A DNA stretch of 64,000 nt from Candidatus Beckwithbacteria bacterium GW2011_GWC1_49_16 (GTDB lineage: Bacteria; Patescibacteriota; Microgenomatia; UBA1400; CG1-02-47-37), in assembly GCA_001029675.1 (NCBI GenBank), contig CP011210.1, positions 777,280-841,279 of the forward strand, given 5' to 3'. A model generated the notes under the pieces. It did no database searches, was not told the origin of the DNA, and saw nothing but the letters and a program-made list of their open reading frames with translations. Made by a program: the position numbers and the translations under genes. Every line of letters begins with the position of its first letter. Positions within the stretch are counted from its first letter, which is position 1. Positions 9,981 through 18,737 of the stretch are shown here, piece by piece.

Positions 9981-10511
9981 ATGAAGACTACAATTAAACT
10001 AGCCAGCCTTAAAGACCTGAAAAAATATACCGATTTACTACAGCAAACATATCAGTCTGCCTACACTAATGAAAAGCTTGGCTTAACGGCTGATTGTTTC
10101 TCTAAAGAAATATTTGCCACCGATAACACTCAAGATTATTTAAAGTCTCATCTTATCAACAATCACAGCCAGAAAACCTGGCTTGCTTTTAAAGATCATG
10201 TGCTTGTTGGTTCCATTACCTGCATTCTTGAAAACGACGACGAAGCCGAGCTAACTGGCTTCTATGTACATCCAGACTATCAAGGACAAGGGGTCGGTAA
10301 AAAACTTTACCGCCAAGCGTTAGAATTTTCTGGGAACAAAGACTTCGTCCTTGATATTTATACTCACAATACAAAAACCGTTAAAATGTATGAGAAGTGG
10401 GGTTGGGTTTTAGATGTATCTCGTGGTGACAATGGCTATTTTTATAGACATTGGCCAGAATGGCCAAAAGGATTGAAAGCCAAGGCAATGTATATGAGGT
10501 TAAAACGATAA
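9981..10511 (+). CDS. GNAT family N-acetyltransferase
   Basis: Acetyl-CoA motif FYVHPDYQGQGVGKKL. AT-rich gene. Confidence 0.75.
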   Translation: MKTTIKLASLKDLKKYTDLLQQTYQSAYTNEKLGLTADCFSKEIFATDNTQDYLKSHLINNHSQKTWLAFKDHVLVGSITCILENDDEAELTGFYVHPDYQGQGVGKKLYRQALEFSGNKDFVLDIYTHNTKTVKMYEKWGWVLDVSRGDNGYFYRHWPEWPKGLKAKAMYMRLKR

Positions 10512-10518
10512 TATAGCT

Positions 10519-11352
10519 ATGCCAACGTGGGTGGTGATGGCGTTTGCGGGAGGGTTTTTGTCGAACCTGGCTTTTTTTGTCACCAGAAAAGCTTTGAAAG
10601 AAGAGGACCCGACGGCTTTCGGCTGGTGGTTTGAGGTGATGCGGCTGGCGGCTTTTAGCGCTTTGGCTTGGTTTAACTTTAAGCTTGAGCTAAGCCCGGC
10701 GGCATTTTTCTGGCTGGCGGCCTTGGGAGTGACGGAAATAGCGGCGATGTACTCTTTTGCCAAGATGCAGAGCTTGACGGAACTGTCGGTGGCCAGCATT
10801 GTGTCCCGCTTGCGGCTGGTGTGGGTGCCTTTAATCGCCTTGGCGGTTTTGGGAGAAAGACTGGCAGTAAGCGAATACCTGGGGATAGCTTTGTTGTTTT
10901 TGGGGTTGTCGGTGGTGGCCTCGCCCAGGAGAATCAGGAACGACTCGGGAATAAAGTACGCCCTGTTTTTTTCGGTGACGGCGGCGGTCAACTCGGTGCT
11001 GATGAAACGAGGTGCCGCTTTTGCCTCGACGCCGGTACTCTTGGCGGCGATGAGCCTGCCGGCCATCTTGGCTTTCCCGGCTTTAATGAAAAGCTCGAAA
11101 ATAAGAATTGCGGCCTCGTTTAAAAAGAGGATTAAGGCCAACCTGGTGTTTTTGGCGTTTAACGTGGTGTCGATGTATCTTTTCGTCGAGGCTTTGAGGG
11201 TCGGCCCTGCCAGTAAAGTGGTTGGTTTTTACCAAAGCATGCTGATTATAGCGGTGATTTTGGGAATTGTGGTCTTAAAAGAAAGAGAGCGGATTGTTAA
11301 AAAAGTCGCCGGAAGTTTGTTGACCCTGGTAGCCATTTGGCTACTGGTTTAG
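10519..11352 (+). CDS. 10-TM membrane protein (DMT/EamA-like), paralog B
   Basis: Clearly alignable to 9122..9961 (AFGWWFEVMRLAAF vs AYAWWFEFLRLVVF; GERL motif). Confidence 0.5.
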   Translation: MPTWVVMAFAGGFLSNLAFFVTRKALKEEDPTAFGWWFEVMRLAAFSALAWFNFKLELSPAAFFWLAALGVTEIAAMYSFAKMQSLTELSVASIVSRLRLVWVPLIALAVLGERLAVSEYLGIALLFLGLSVVASPRRIRNDSGIKYALFFSVTAAVNSVLMKRGAAFASTPVLLAAMSLPAILAFPALMKSSKIRIAASFKKRIKANLVFLAFNVVSMYLFVEALRVGPASKVVGFYQSMLIIAVILGIVVLKERERIVKKVAGSLLTLVAIWLLV

Positions 11353-11445
11353 ATTGGCTAGATAATATCATGTTAAGCTTGACATGTGTTTAACATAATG
11401 TTAACATGTTAAGTGTTTATATATATTTAACATGTTGTTAACATG
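11353..11445 (+). promoter_or_regulatory. AT-rich promoter region with repeated TTAACATGTT palindromes upstream of fic
   Basis: TTGACA at 11379-11384, TAACAT 17 nt downstream. Copies or half-sites of TTAACATG(TT) at about 11371, 11390, 11401-11412 (12-bp perfect palindrome), 11427-11436 and 11437-11444. Confidence 0.5.
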
Positions 11446-12831
11446 AATATGAAAAAACTTAAAAAGCTTAAATTGTCCCCACCGCTAAATTTCAAGTTAA
11501 GAAAACCCGACCTGAATAAAATTAACAGACAAAAGGTAATTAATGCCCTGGAAAAGAACCCGACCAAGTATAGAAAGATTTTGGAAAAAGCCAATGAGCC
11601 TCAATATCTTTACTGGACTAAGTTTAAGTATAAAATTCGAGATGATGTTTTAAGTCCAGAAGAACTGTGGTACTTGGTACGACAGTTTAGAAATATTTCA
11701 GCAACAGAGAGTCTTATAAAGGCCGAAAACAGCGATAACTTTAAATGGTTAAGATTGCCGTCTACCGAAGAATATCTACATTCAGTCGATATGATGGCCG
11801 GAGGGCAATTACTCCCCTATCCCAATATTCTTTCTCAATCTAATCAACAAACCTTTATTAGTCGAGGAATAATCGAAGAGGCGATTGCTTCCAGCCAACT
11901 GGAAGGAGCTCATACTACAAGAGCCGCGGCCAGGAAAATGATTATTGAAAAAAGAAGCCCTCGGAATGCGTCCGAGAGAATGATTCTTAATAATTATAAA
12001 GCAATAAATGCTATTGAGGAGAATTATAAAAACCAAGAACTTTCTCTAGATTTGCTATTTGAGCTACATCGAATCTTAACCAGAGACACTATTAATAAAA
12101 CTGAGCAAAATCGCTTGAGGGAAAACAGCGATGAAATAGTGGTTCAGGGCGAAATAGACCAAGAACAGTTTATTACTCACCTACCTCCAAGTGAAAATTT
12201 TGTTAGAGAAGAAATTAAAAGGCTAATCGACTACGCTAACGACCAAATGGGACAAAAGTTTACACATCCGATAACTAAGGCTATCTTTCTACATTTTTGG
12301 ATTGGGTATCTTCATCCTTTCACAGATGGCAACGGAAGGTTAGCCAGAGCCTTATTCTATTGGTATCTTTTGAAAAAGGGTTACTGGACATTCATGTTTT
12401 TACCCATTTCAACGGTAATTAAAAAATCCCCAAGCCAATATGCCCTAGCTTACATTTACAGCGAGCAAGATAATTTGGATATTACTTACTTTTACGATTT
12501 TCATATAAGAAAGGTTTTACAAGCGGTTGAAGATTTTAAGATATATTTAGGTTCAAAAATTAAAGAAAATCAAGAGGTAGATAAGATAATCAGTAAAAAA
12601 GTTACTTTAAATGAAAGGCAAAAACAGTTGGTCCATTATTTTATCTCTGATCCTAATCCTTCAACGACAGTTTCGTCCCACTCAACGCTAAATAATATTT
12701 CTCGTCAAACTGCGGCAAAGGACCTTAAGGTAATGGAGGCAGATAAGTTGCTGTACGCAAAACGGGAAGGAAAATATGTCCGTTACTACCCGGCAAAAAC
12801 CTTACTAGGCTTGTGGGGTGAAAGAAAATAA
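11443..12831 (+). CDS. fic: Fic family protein (class II, auto-inhibited) with C-terminal winged HTH
   Basis: Fic motif HPFTDGNGRLARA. Inhibitory helix motif SSQLEG ([ST]xxxE[GN]) N-terminal to the core. AT-rich. Confidence 0.8.
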   Translation: MNMKKLKKLKLSPPLNFKLRKPDLNKINRQKVINALEKNPTKYRKILEKANEPQYLYWTKFKYKIRDDVLSPEELWYLVRQFRNISATESLIKAENSDNFKWLRLPSTEEYLHSVDMMAGGQLLPYPNILSQSNQQTFISRGIIEEAIASSQLEGAHTTRAAARKMIIEKRSPRNASERMILNNYKAINAIEENYKNQELSLDLLFELHRILTRDTINKTEQNRLRENSDEIVVQGEIDQEQFITHLPPSENFVREEIKRLIDYANDQMGQKFTHPITKAIFLHFWIGYLHPFTDGNGRLARALFYWYLLKKGYWTFMFLPISTVIKKSPSQYALAYIYSEQDNLDITYFYDFHIRKVLQAVEDFKIYLGSKIKENQEVDKIISKKVTLNERQKQLVHYFISDPNPSTTVSSHSTLNNISRQTAAKDLKVMEADKLLYAKREGKYVRYYPAKTLLGLWGERK

Positions 12832-12849
12832 ACTAAAATTAAATGACTT

Positions 12850-13461
12850 ATGGAGTTTGATAAGCTGGTAGTATCTTTTTTGGTCGATGAGGTGGTCGGC
12901 GGCTTTTTTGTCAACGTGCCGCCCGGGCACGTCGCCTGCATCCACGACCTCGGGCGGGGGGTATTAAAAAAAGTCTGGGGGCCGGGGCTGCACCTTAAAA
13001 TCCCCTTTTGGCAGAGGGCGAAGCTGTTTAACTCGCAAATCCTGGAATACTTAATCCGCCACGATTTTGATTTATCTCACAGCGAGTCTTTGGGCGACGA
13101 GGCGATTGTCAGCAAAACCGCCGACAAGCATAACCTTCAGGTGGAGGGATCGATACTGCTTAAAATCGACAAGAGCCGGGCCAACGAACTTTGGGAAACG
13201 ATCGGCGACGACTTTGTCTCCAAAATTGTCCGGCCGGTATCCCGAAGCCGGCTTCGCTCGGTACTATCGGAAGTGACGCTGGAACAGATTACTACTTACA
13301 GGACTCAAGTCGAAGAAAAAATTAAAAAAGAATTGAACCAGGTCTACGCTCAATCGGGAATTATCTGCGATGGGTTTTTACTAAGCGAAGTCAAAGAATT
13401 AGGCGATCTTGATAAAACTTCTGACGACAAGGTGCTGTTTTCTAAACAAAAGCAATCTTGA
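12850..13461 (+). CDS. SPFH/band-7 domain protein
   Basis: Prohibitin-like pattern LHLKIPF...ILLKID. 3' end overlaps lon 3' end convergently. Confidence 0.45.
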   Translation: MEFDKLVVSFLVDEVVGGFFVNVPPGHVACIHDLGRGVLKKVWGPGLHLKIPFWQRAKLFNSQILEYLIRHDFDLSHSESLGDEAIVSKTADKHNLQVEGSILLKIDKSRANELWETIGDDFVSKIVRPVSRSRLRSVLSEVTLEQITTYRTQVEEKIKKELNQVYAQSGIICDGFLLSEVKELGDLDKTSDDKVLFSKQKQS

Positions 13462-15796
13462 GGACTTGGTCTAGGTGGTCGACGAACCGGAAAGCAATGT
13501 CTTTTTTGACCAGGTCGGGAATTTCGGTGAGGTCTTTTTGGTTGTTTTTAGGCAGGATGACGGTTTTGATCCCGGCGCGGTGGGCGGCGATGACTTTTTC
13601 TTTGACGCCGCCTATCTCCAAAACCCGGCCGCGCAGGGTAATTTCGCCGGTCATGGCGACGTCTTTTTTAACTTTTCTTTCGGTTAGAGCCGAGATCAAG
13701 GCCGTCGCCATGGTGATGCCGGCCGACGGCCCGTCTTTGGGCACGGCGCCTTCGGGGACGTGGATGTGGACGTCAACTTTGGAGTAAAAGTTTTTATCGA
13801 GTTTGAGCGCTTGCCAGCGGGAACGGGCGTAGGAAACGGCGGCGCGGGCAGACTCCTTCATCACGTCGCCCAATTGACCGGTTAAGATGATCTTGCCGCT
13901 GCCGGGAATGATGGCCACTTCGACGAACAAAACGTCGCCGCCGGATTGGGTCCAAGCCAGCCCGGTAGACAAACCGACGTCGTCTTTTTTCTCGGCCAGC
14001 GGCGGGGTGAATTTCTCCGGACCGAGATAGTCAACCAGGGTTTTGGTGCCGATGGTAAAAGGCCCGCGGCGGTTGGCGGCAATTTTTTTGGCCACTTTGC
14101 GCATGATTTTACTGATTTCTCTCTCCAGGTTCCTGACGCCGGCTTCGCTGGTGTAAGAATAAATGATTTTTTTTAAGGTAGTGGGAGAAATTTTGATCTG
14201 GGATTTTTTCAGGCCGTTGCCCAAAAGGGTTTTTTTGATCAGGTATTTTTTGGCGATTTGTTCCTTGTCGTAGGCGGTGTAGCCGGAAAAGCGGATGACT
14301 TCTAACCGATCTTTCAGGGCCGGCGGGATGGTGTCTAAGACGTTGGCGGTGGTGATGAACATCACCTGTGATAAATCGAAAGGGACCTCGAGATAATGGT
14401 CGGAAAACTCGCGGTTTTGCTCCGGGTCGAGAGCCTCGAGTAATGCCGCCGAAGGGTCGCCTCTGAAGTCGGCGCCGACCTTGTCGATTTCGTCGAGCAT
14501 AAACACCGGGTTGTTGGTGCCGGCGTTTTTGATACCCTGGATGATACGGCCGGGCATGGAGCCGACGTAGGTGCGGCGGTGGCCGCGGATTTCGGCTTCG
14601 TCGCGGATGCCGCCCAAGGACATCTTGATAAACTTCCTGCCTAAGGCCCGGGCGATGGAACGGCCGATAGAGGTCTTACCGACTCCGGGCGGGCCGACGA
14701 AACAAAGGATGGTGGGACCCGCCGGGAGATCTTTTCGACCTTGGGCCAACTTTTTTAATTGCATCACGGCCAGATACTCGACGATTCGCTCTTTGACTTC
14801 CTTTAAAGCATAGTGGTCGTTTTCTAAAATAGTCTCGGCTCTTTTGATGGTGACTTTGTTGGGAGAAGCTTTGCTCCAGGGCAGATCGCAGAGCCATTCC
14901 AGGTAGGTCCTGATGTAGCCTGATTCGGGGTTGTAGGCGTGCATGTCGGAAAGACGTTTTAATTCTTTGAGGGCTTTTACGGTTACGTCTTTGGGCATGT
15001 GGGCCTTTTTGATGCGTTTTTTTAAGTCGACGGATTCTTTGCCCTCTTCTTGTTCGCCTAACTCCTTCTGAATGGTTTTAAGCCGCTCGCGAAGCACGGT
15101 TTCGCGCATGGACTTGTCGAACTTTTTCTGGGTTTTTGAGGCGATAGACCGCTCCAACTCCAAGATTTTTAATTCCCGGGAAAGATAGTCGGAGACCTCT
15201 TCGAGACGCCTTTTGACTTCGTAGGTTTCGAGTAACTTTTGCTTTTTGGCGCTTTCGATATCCAGATTGGTGGCGACTTGGTCAGCCAGCTCTGAAGAAG
15301 AAACGCCGCCCATGATGCGCATAAAAACCATGAAGTCGACTGACTTACCCATGTTGACGGCTTTTTTGAAGTTGGCGGAAACGAGTTTTTGGAGAGCGGA
15401 GATTTCGTCTGACTCCTCGACGACTTCGGGAATTTCTTGGACTTTGGCGACGAGGAAAGGCTCGGTGGCAGACAAAGCGTCTATCTTGACCCGAGCCATA
15501 CCTTTGACCAGGGCGTTAATTTCGCCGTTGGTTTTTAAAATCCGCTCGATGCTGCAGAGGGTGCCCACATGGTAGATGTCTTTGAGCCCGGGCCGGGCAA
15601 CGGTAGGATTTTTTTGGGTGACAAAAACTATAAGGCGGTCGGAACGAAAGGCGGCCTCGACGCCGGCGTTGGAGCGGGGGCGGCCAAAAGTCAAAACCGC
15701 CTCGGTGTGGGGAAAAACCACCCCTTCGCGCAAGGGCACCAAAGGCACGGTTTTCTCCGGCTTGGATTTATTTTGCGGACCCAAGAGTATCGCCAT
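13442..15796 (-). CDS. lon: ATP-dependent protease Lon (LonA)
   Basis: LON N-domain, Walker A GPPGVGKTS, catalytic Ser motif PKDGPSAGITMATAL. Confidence 0.9.
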   Translation of the reverse strand: MAILLGPQNKSKPEKTVPLVPLREGVVFPHTEAVLTFGRPRSNAGVEAAFRSDRLIVFVTQKNPTVARPGLKDIYHVGTLCSIERILKTNGEINALVKGMARVKIDALSATEPFLVAKVQEIPEVVEESDEISALQKLVSANFKKAVNMGKSVDFMVFMRIMGGVSSSELADQVATNLDIESAKKQKLLETYEVKRRLEEVSDYLSRELKILELERSIASKTQKKFDKSMRETVLRERLKTIQKELGEQEEGKESVDLKKRIKKAHMPKDVTVKALKELKRLSDMHAYNPESGYIRTYLEWLCDLPWSKASPNKVTIKRAETILENDHYALKEVKERIVEYLAVMQLKKLAQGRKDLPAGPTILCFVGPPGVGKTSIGRSIARALGRKFIKMSLGGIRDEAEIRGHRRTYVGSMPGRIIQGIKNAGTNNPVFMLDEIDKVGADFRGDPSAALLEALDPEQNREFSDHYLEVPFDLSQVMFITTANVLDTIPPALKDRLEVIRFSGYTAYDKEQIAKKYLIKKTLLGNGLKKSQIKISPTTLKKIIYSYTSEAGVRNLEREISKIMRKVAKKIAANRRGPFTIGTKTLVDYLGPEKFTPPLAEKKDDVGLSTGLAWTQSGGDVLFVEVAIIPGSGKIILTGQLGDVMKESARAAVSYARSRWQALKLDKNFYSKVDVHIHVPEGAVPKDGPSAGITMATALISALTERKVKKDVAMTGEITLRGRVLEIGGVKEKVIAAHRAGIKTVILPKNNQKDLTEIPDLVKKDIAFRFVDHLDQVLKIAFV

Positions 15797-15822
15797 AAAT
15801 TAGCAGTATAAACGAATGAGTG

Positions 15823-16350
15823 CTAAGAGTCAACTATAGAATTTGGGGCGGCGAAACTTGACAAAGCGTATTCTACCAGCTTCTGGTAGCTTAAAGTTCT
15901 GCTAGTCAGGCCGCCGGTGAGAAAGTCGATAATGCCGCCTTTTCTTTTAATGTTTTTCGTGCCCAGGATTTTATCCATCTCTGGGCCGACTTCTCCGCCG
16001 GCTTTGATTTTTACGGCCAGCTTTTTAGGAATGAGAAAATGCATGCCGCCACCTAAAGACAATACTCTTTTGGAGTCGATAATGGCACACCAGGCGGTGC
16101 AGTACATTTTTCCATCGATGGTAGTAACACCCCCTTCTATGCCTACGGCTATGTCGGCCTGGGCTTGCTTTAGGGCGGCGCGAGCGCGGTTGACGGCGCC
16201 TAGGCGAGTTTGGCGGTCGGTGACTGGCTGTTTGCCCACTCGAGAATCGACCTTAAAGGAAAGATATTTGGCCTTAGGGTAAACGCGCTGAAAAACTTTT
16301 TTGACAGCGTTGACTTTGACCGGATTGGTAGAAGCGATCGCTACTATCAT
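15823..16350 (-). CDS. inosine/xanthosine triphosphatase (YjjX/DUF84 family)
   Basis: Aligns along its length to YjjX (ASTNPVKV..., GGLTSRTLSYQKLVEYAL). Confidence 0.7.
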   Translation of the reverse strand: MIVAIASTNPVKVNAVKKVFQRVYPKAKYLSFKVDSRVGKQPVTDRQTRLGAVNRARAALKQAQADIAVGIEGGVTTIDGKMYCTAWCAIIDSKRVLSLGGGMHFLIPKKLAVKIKAGGEVGPEMDKILGTKNIKRKGGIIDFLTGGLTSRTLSYQKLVEYALSSFAAPNSIVDS

Positions 16351-16793
16351 CTTTTTTTTGAATCAATAATTAAAGTCGTCGGGCCGTCGTTGACCAAACT
16401 AACTGCCATGTAGGCGCCAAACTCACCGGTTTTGACCTTTAAGCCGGCAGCTTGCAACCCAGTAATAAAACGGCGGTAGTATTTTTCTGCCTCTTTCGGG
16501 TCGGCGGCGGCAATGAAACTCGGGCGGTTGCCGCGGGCCACATTGCCCGCCAGGGTAAACTGGGAAATGACCAGGATTTCCCCGTTGGCCTCGGTTAAAG
16601 ATAAGTTCATTTTTTGGTTGGCGTCGGGCATGAGGCGCAAGGCGCTGACCTTTTTGACCAAATAGTCAAGGTCGGCGTCGGTGTCGCCGGCGATCACTCC
16701 TAAAAACACCAAGTAGCCGGGGCCGATTTGGCCGACTGATTTGCCGGCGACGGTAACCTGGGCCCGGGTGACGCGCTGGATTAAAGCCAACAT
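16347..16793 (-). CDS. dtd: D-aminoacyl-tRNA deacylase
   Basis: Dtd motifs VISQFTL and GNRP. Length 148 aa. Confidence 0.85.
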   Translation of the reverse strand: MLALIQRVTRAQVTVAGKSVGQIGPGYLVFLGVIAGDTDADLDYLVKKVSALRLMPDANQKMNLSLTEANGEILVISQFTLAGNVARGNRPSFIAAADPKEAEKYYRRFITGLQAAGLKVKTGEFGAYMAVSLVNDGPTTLIIDSKKR

Positions 16794-16801
16794 ACTTTAA
16801 G

Positions 16802-16836
16802 CGTAATACGTAATCGGTAATACGTAAACCGTAATT
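16802..16836. repeat. five tandem imperfect heptamers (CGTAATA)n, intergenic
   Basis: cgtaata cgtaatc ggtaata cgtaaac cgtaatt between dtd and tpiA. Confidence 0.8.
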
Positions 16837-17481
16837 TTATGAGAAGCCTGAACAGAGGTCGAGTAAGGCTGTCTCGGGGTTGCGGGCTTTGACCACGGCC
16901 GAAGCCAGGATGACGCCGGCGGCGCCCAAACTTCTCGCCTGGCTTATATCCTGGCCGCTTCTGATGCCGGCGCCGACCAGAACCGGAATTGAGGTGAATT
17001 TAACGACTTTAGCAATGTCGGTAGATTTTTGCGACACAATCGAGACAGTGCCGCCGATAAGCTTGGGGTCCTCGAATGACAATAGGTCAGGCTTTAAAGT
17101 CAGGGCTTTTTTAAACAAAGCCACGGTGTCGACAATAATCAGGGTTTTTAAGTGGTAGTGGCGGCATTTTTGGTGAATGGTTTTGATTTGGTCAAAAGGC
17201 ACCTGGCGTTCGGCGTGATTGATGACCACGCCGGTAGCCCCGGCCAATTTGACTGAATAAGGCGAGGTCCAGCCGAAGTGGCGGTCGGGGTCAATCGGGT
17301 CGACGTGCTGGGCCCAAACTTCAAGGCCGACTTCGCGGACCAAGCGGTAGATGTCGACGGCTTGGGCGATGGGGATGATGGGAACTTTTGTTTTTTGGGC
17401 TACTTTCTTGACCAGGCGGCAGAGGTTGACGGCATTTTCACCAGAGGCCACCCGGTAGGTCTTTAAACTTAAAAAGATCAT
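16837..17481 (-). CDS. tpiA: triosephosphate isomerase, archaeal-type
   Basis: Aligns to archaeal TIMs (LKTY; WAQHVDPIDPDRHFG; GVVINHAERQ; VLVGAGIRSGQD...GVILASAVVKARN). Length 214 aa. Confidence 0.8.
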   Translation of the reverse strand: MIFLSLKTYRVASGENAVNLCRLVKKVAQKTKVPIIPIAQAVDIYRLVREVGLEVWAQHVDPIDPDRHFGWTSPYSVKLAGATGVVINHAERQVPFDQIKTIHQKCRHYHLKTLIIVDTVALFKKALTLKPDLLSFEDPKLIGGTVSIVSQKSTDIAKVVKFTSIPVLVGAGIRSGQDISQARSLGAAGVILASAVVKARNPETALLDLCSGFS

Positions 17482-17487
17482 GGGTTA

Positions 17488-17904
17488 TTATAAACTACAC
17501 TCAAGCTCTGATGCTACAGCGCAGATGTCTTCTTCGAGTAACTCCTCACAGGCGCCGATTTTAATTTTTCTCACCTGTTGGGCAGGCAGGGTTTTAATAG
17601 TTTCGGTGTTTTCTTGAATTATCTTGGTCACTTCCTGGACGATGACTTTGGTGATGGCCTGGGTGGTAGCGCCGGGGTCAATTTGAGTAGGGTCGACACT
17701 GCTGTCACTATCACCTCCCGTGCCGGTATTTTGCGCCAGTTCGGTTTCAATGCCTTTGACCAAAGACGAGTCGGAAAAACGGTTTAATAAATTTGGGGCA
17801 TAAGTTTGGAGGATAATCACCAGCCCTGCCAGACCAAAGCCAAACCAAACCGCCTTGAGTAAGAATTTAGGCTTGAGAAACGTCATATAGACAGATTGTA
17901 ACAT
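17488..17904 (-). CDS. hypothetical membrane protein
   Basis: One N-terminal TM helix. No motif. Confidence 0.35.
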   Translation of the reverse strand: MLQSVYMTFLKPKFLLKAVWFGFGLAGLVIILQTYAPNLLNRFSDSSLVKGIETELAQNTGTGGDSDSSVDPTQIDPGATTQAITKVIVQEVTKIIQENTETIKTLPAQQVRKIKIGACEELLEEDICAVASELECSL

Positions 17905-17922
17905 TTTTACTAAACTTAAATT

Positions 17923-18510
17923 ATGAAAAAGTGGCTTACGGCTTTGGCTTTAGCACTGCTCTTGGTCAGCCCGGCAAACGCCTCTCCCAGGGGGATTGAA
18001 GTACAAAACTTAGAAACTTTGAAGGAACGCCTCCAAGAAAGGCTGGAAGAGAGAATCACCACCCGAGAGGAACACCGGGAAGAGCTTGACGACTGGCGGG
18101 CGACGCTATCCGCCAGGCTCAAACAAATTCGAGACGAAAGAAAACTACGATTGGCGGCGCATCTAACCGAGCGGTTTAACCAAATTAATCAAAAATATAC
18201 CGAGCACGTCGCTCGATTGCTTAACCGCATGAGGGCAATTTTGGCTAAACTCGAAACCCGAGTGGAAGAAGCCGGCGGCGACGCGGAAACCGAAGCGGCG
18301 ATTGCGGCGGCTTACTCCGCCATAGCCGAGGCAGAAACGGCCAACGAGACTCAAGCGGCCAAAGAGTACGAGCTGGTATTTGACGACGAGGCCGGCTTGC
18401 GCTCGGCGGCGGCTACGGCCAAACAACTTCTCAAAGACGATCTGGGTGAGTTGCGCGATAAGGTTCACCAGGCCAGGAAAGCGGTGGTGGAGGCGATCAG
18501 AACAGCATGA
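17923..18510 (+). CDS. hypothetical secreted coiled-coil protein
   Basis: Signal peptide MKKWLTALALALLLVSPANA. Ala/Glu/Arg-rich helical repeats. Confidence 0.4.
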   Translation: MKKWLTALALALLLVSPANASPRGIEVQNLETLKERLQERLEERITTREEHREELDDWRATLSARLKQIRDERKLRLAAHLTERFNQINQKYTEHVARLLNRMRAILAKLETRVEEAGGDAETEAAIAAAYSAIAEAETANETQAAKEYELVFDDEAGLRSAAATAKQLLKDDLGELRDKVHQARKAVVEAIRTA

Positions 18511-18737
18511 AAAAAGCCTTGATTTTTTTGGTAGTCGGGTTGGTGGTAGCGGTTTTGGCTTGGGCGTATCTGCCCCGAACCGACGAGACTAAAACCAGAG
18601 GGGAACCAGATTACGCTTCCCAGGGCCTGTCGGAAGACACGGGGCTGACTACGCTGGAGCAGGAAACCAATGAGACGGAAACGCTGGACTTTGAGGCCGA
18701 CCTTAATACCTTGGACCAAGAAATCAACCAATTGTAG
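18507..18737 (+). CDS. small membrane-anchored protein
   Basis: N-terminal TM helix and acidic tail. Overlaps the previous gene by 4 nt. Confidence 0.3.
   Translation: MKKALIFLVVGLVVAVLAWAYLPRTDETKTRGEPDYASQGLSEDTGLTTLEQETNETETLDFEADLNTLDQEINQL

Noticed and set aside
10500-11141. 213-aa ORF on the minus strand
   Set aside because: It lies entirely antisense within the paralog-B membrane-protein gene. The Ala/Lys-rich translation is typical of a GC-rich antisense frame. Not called.
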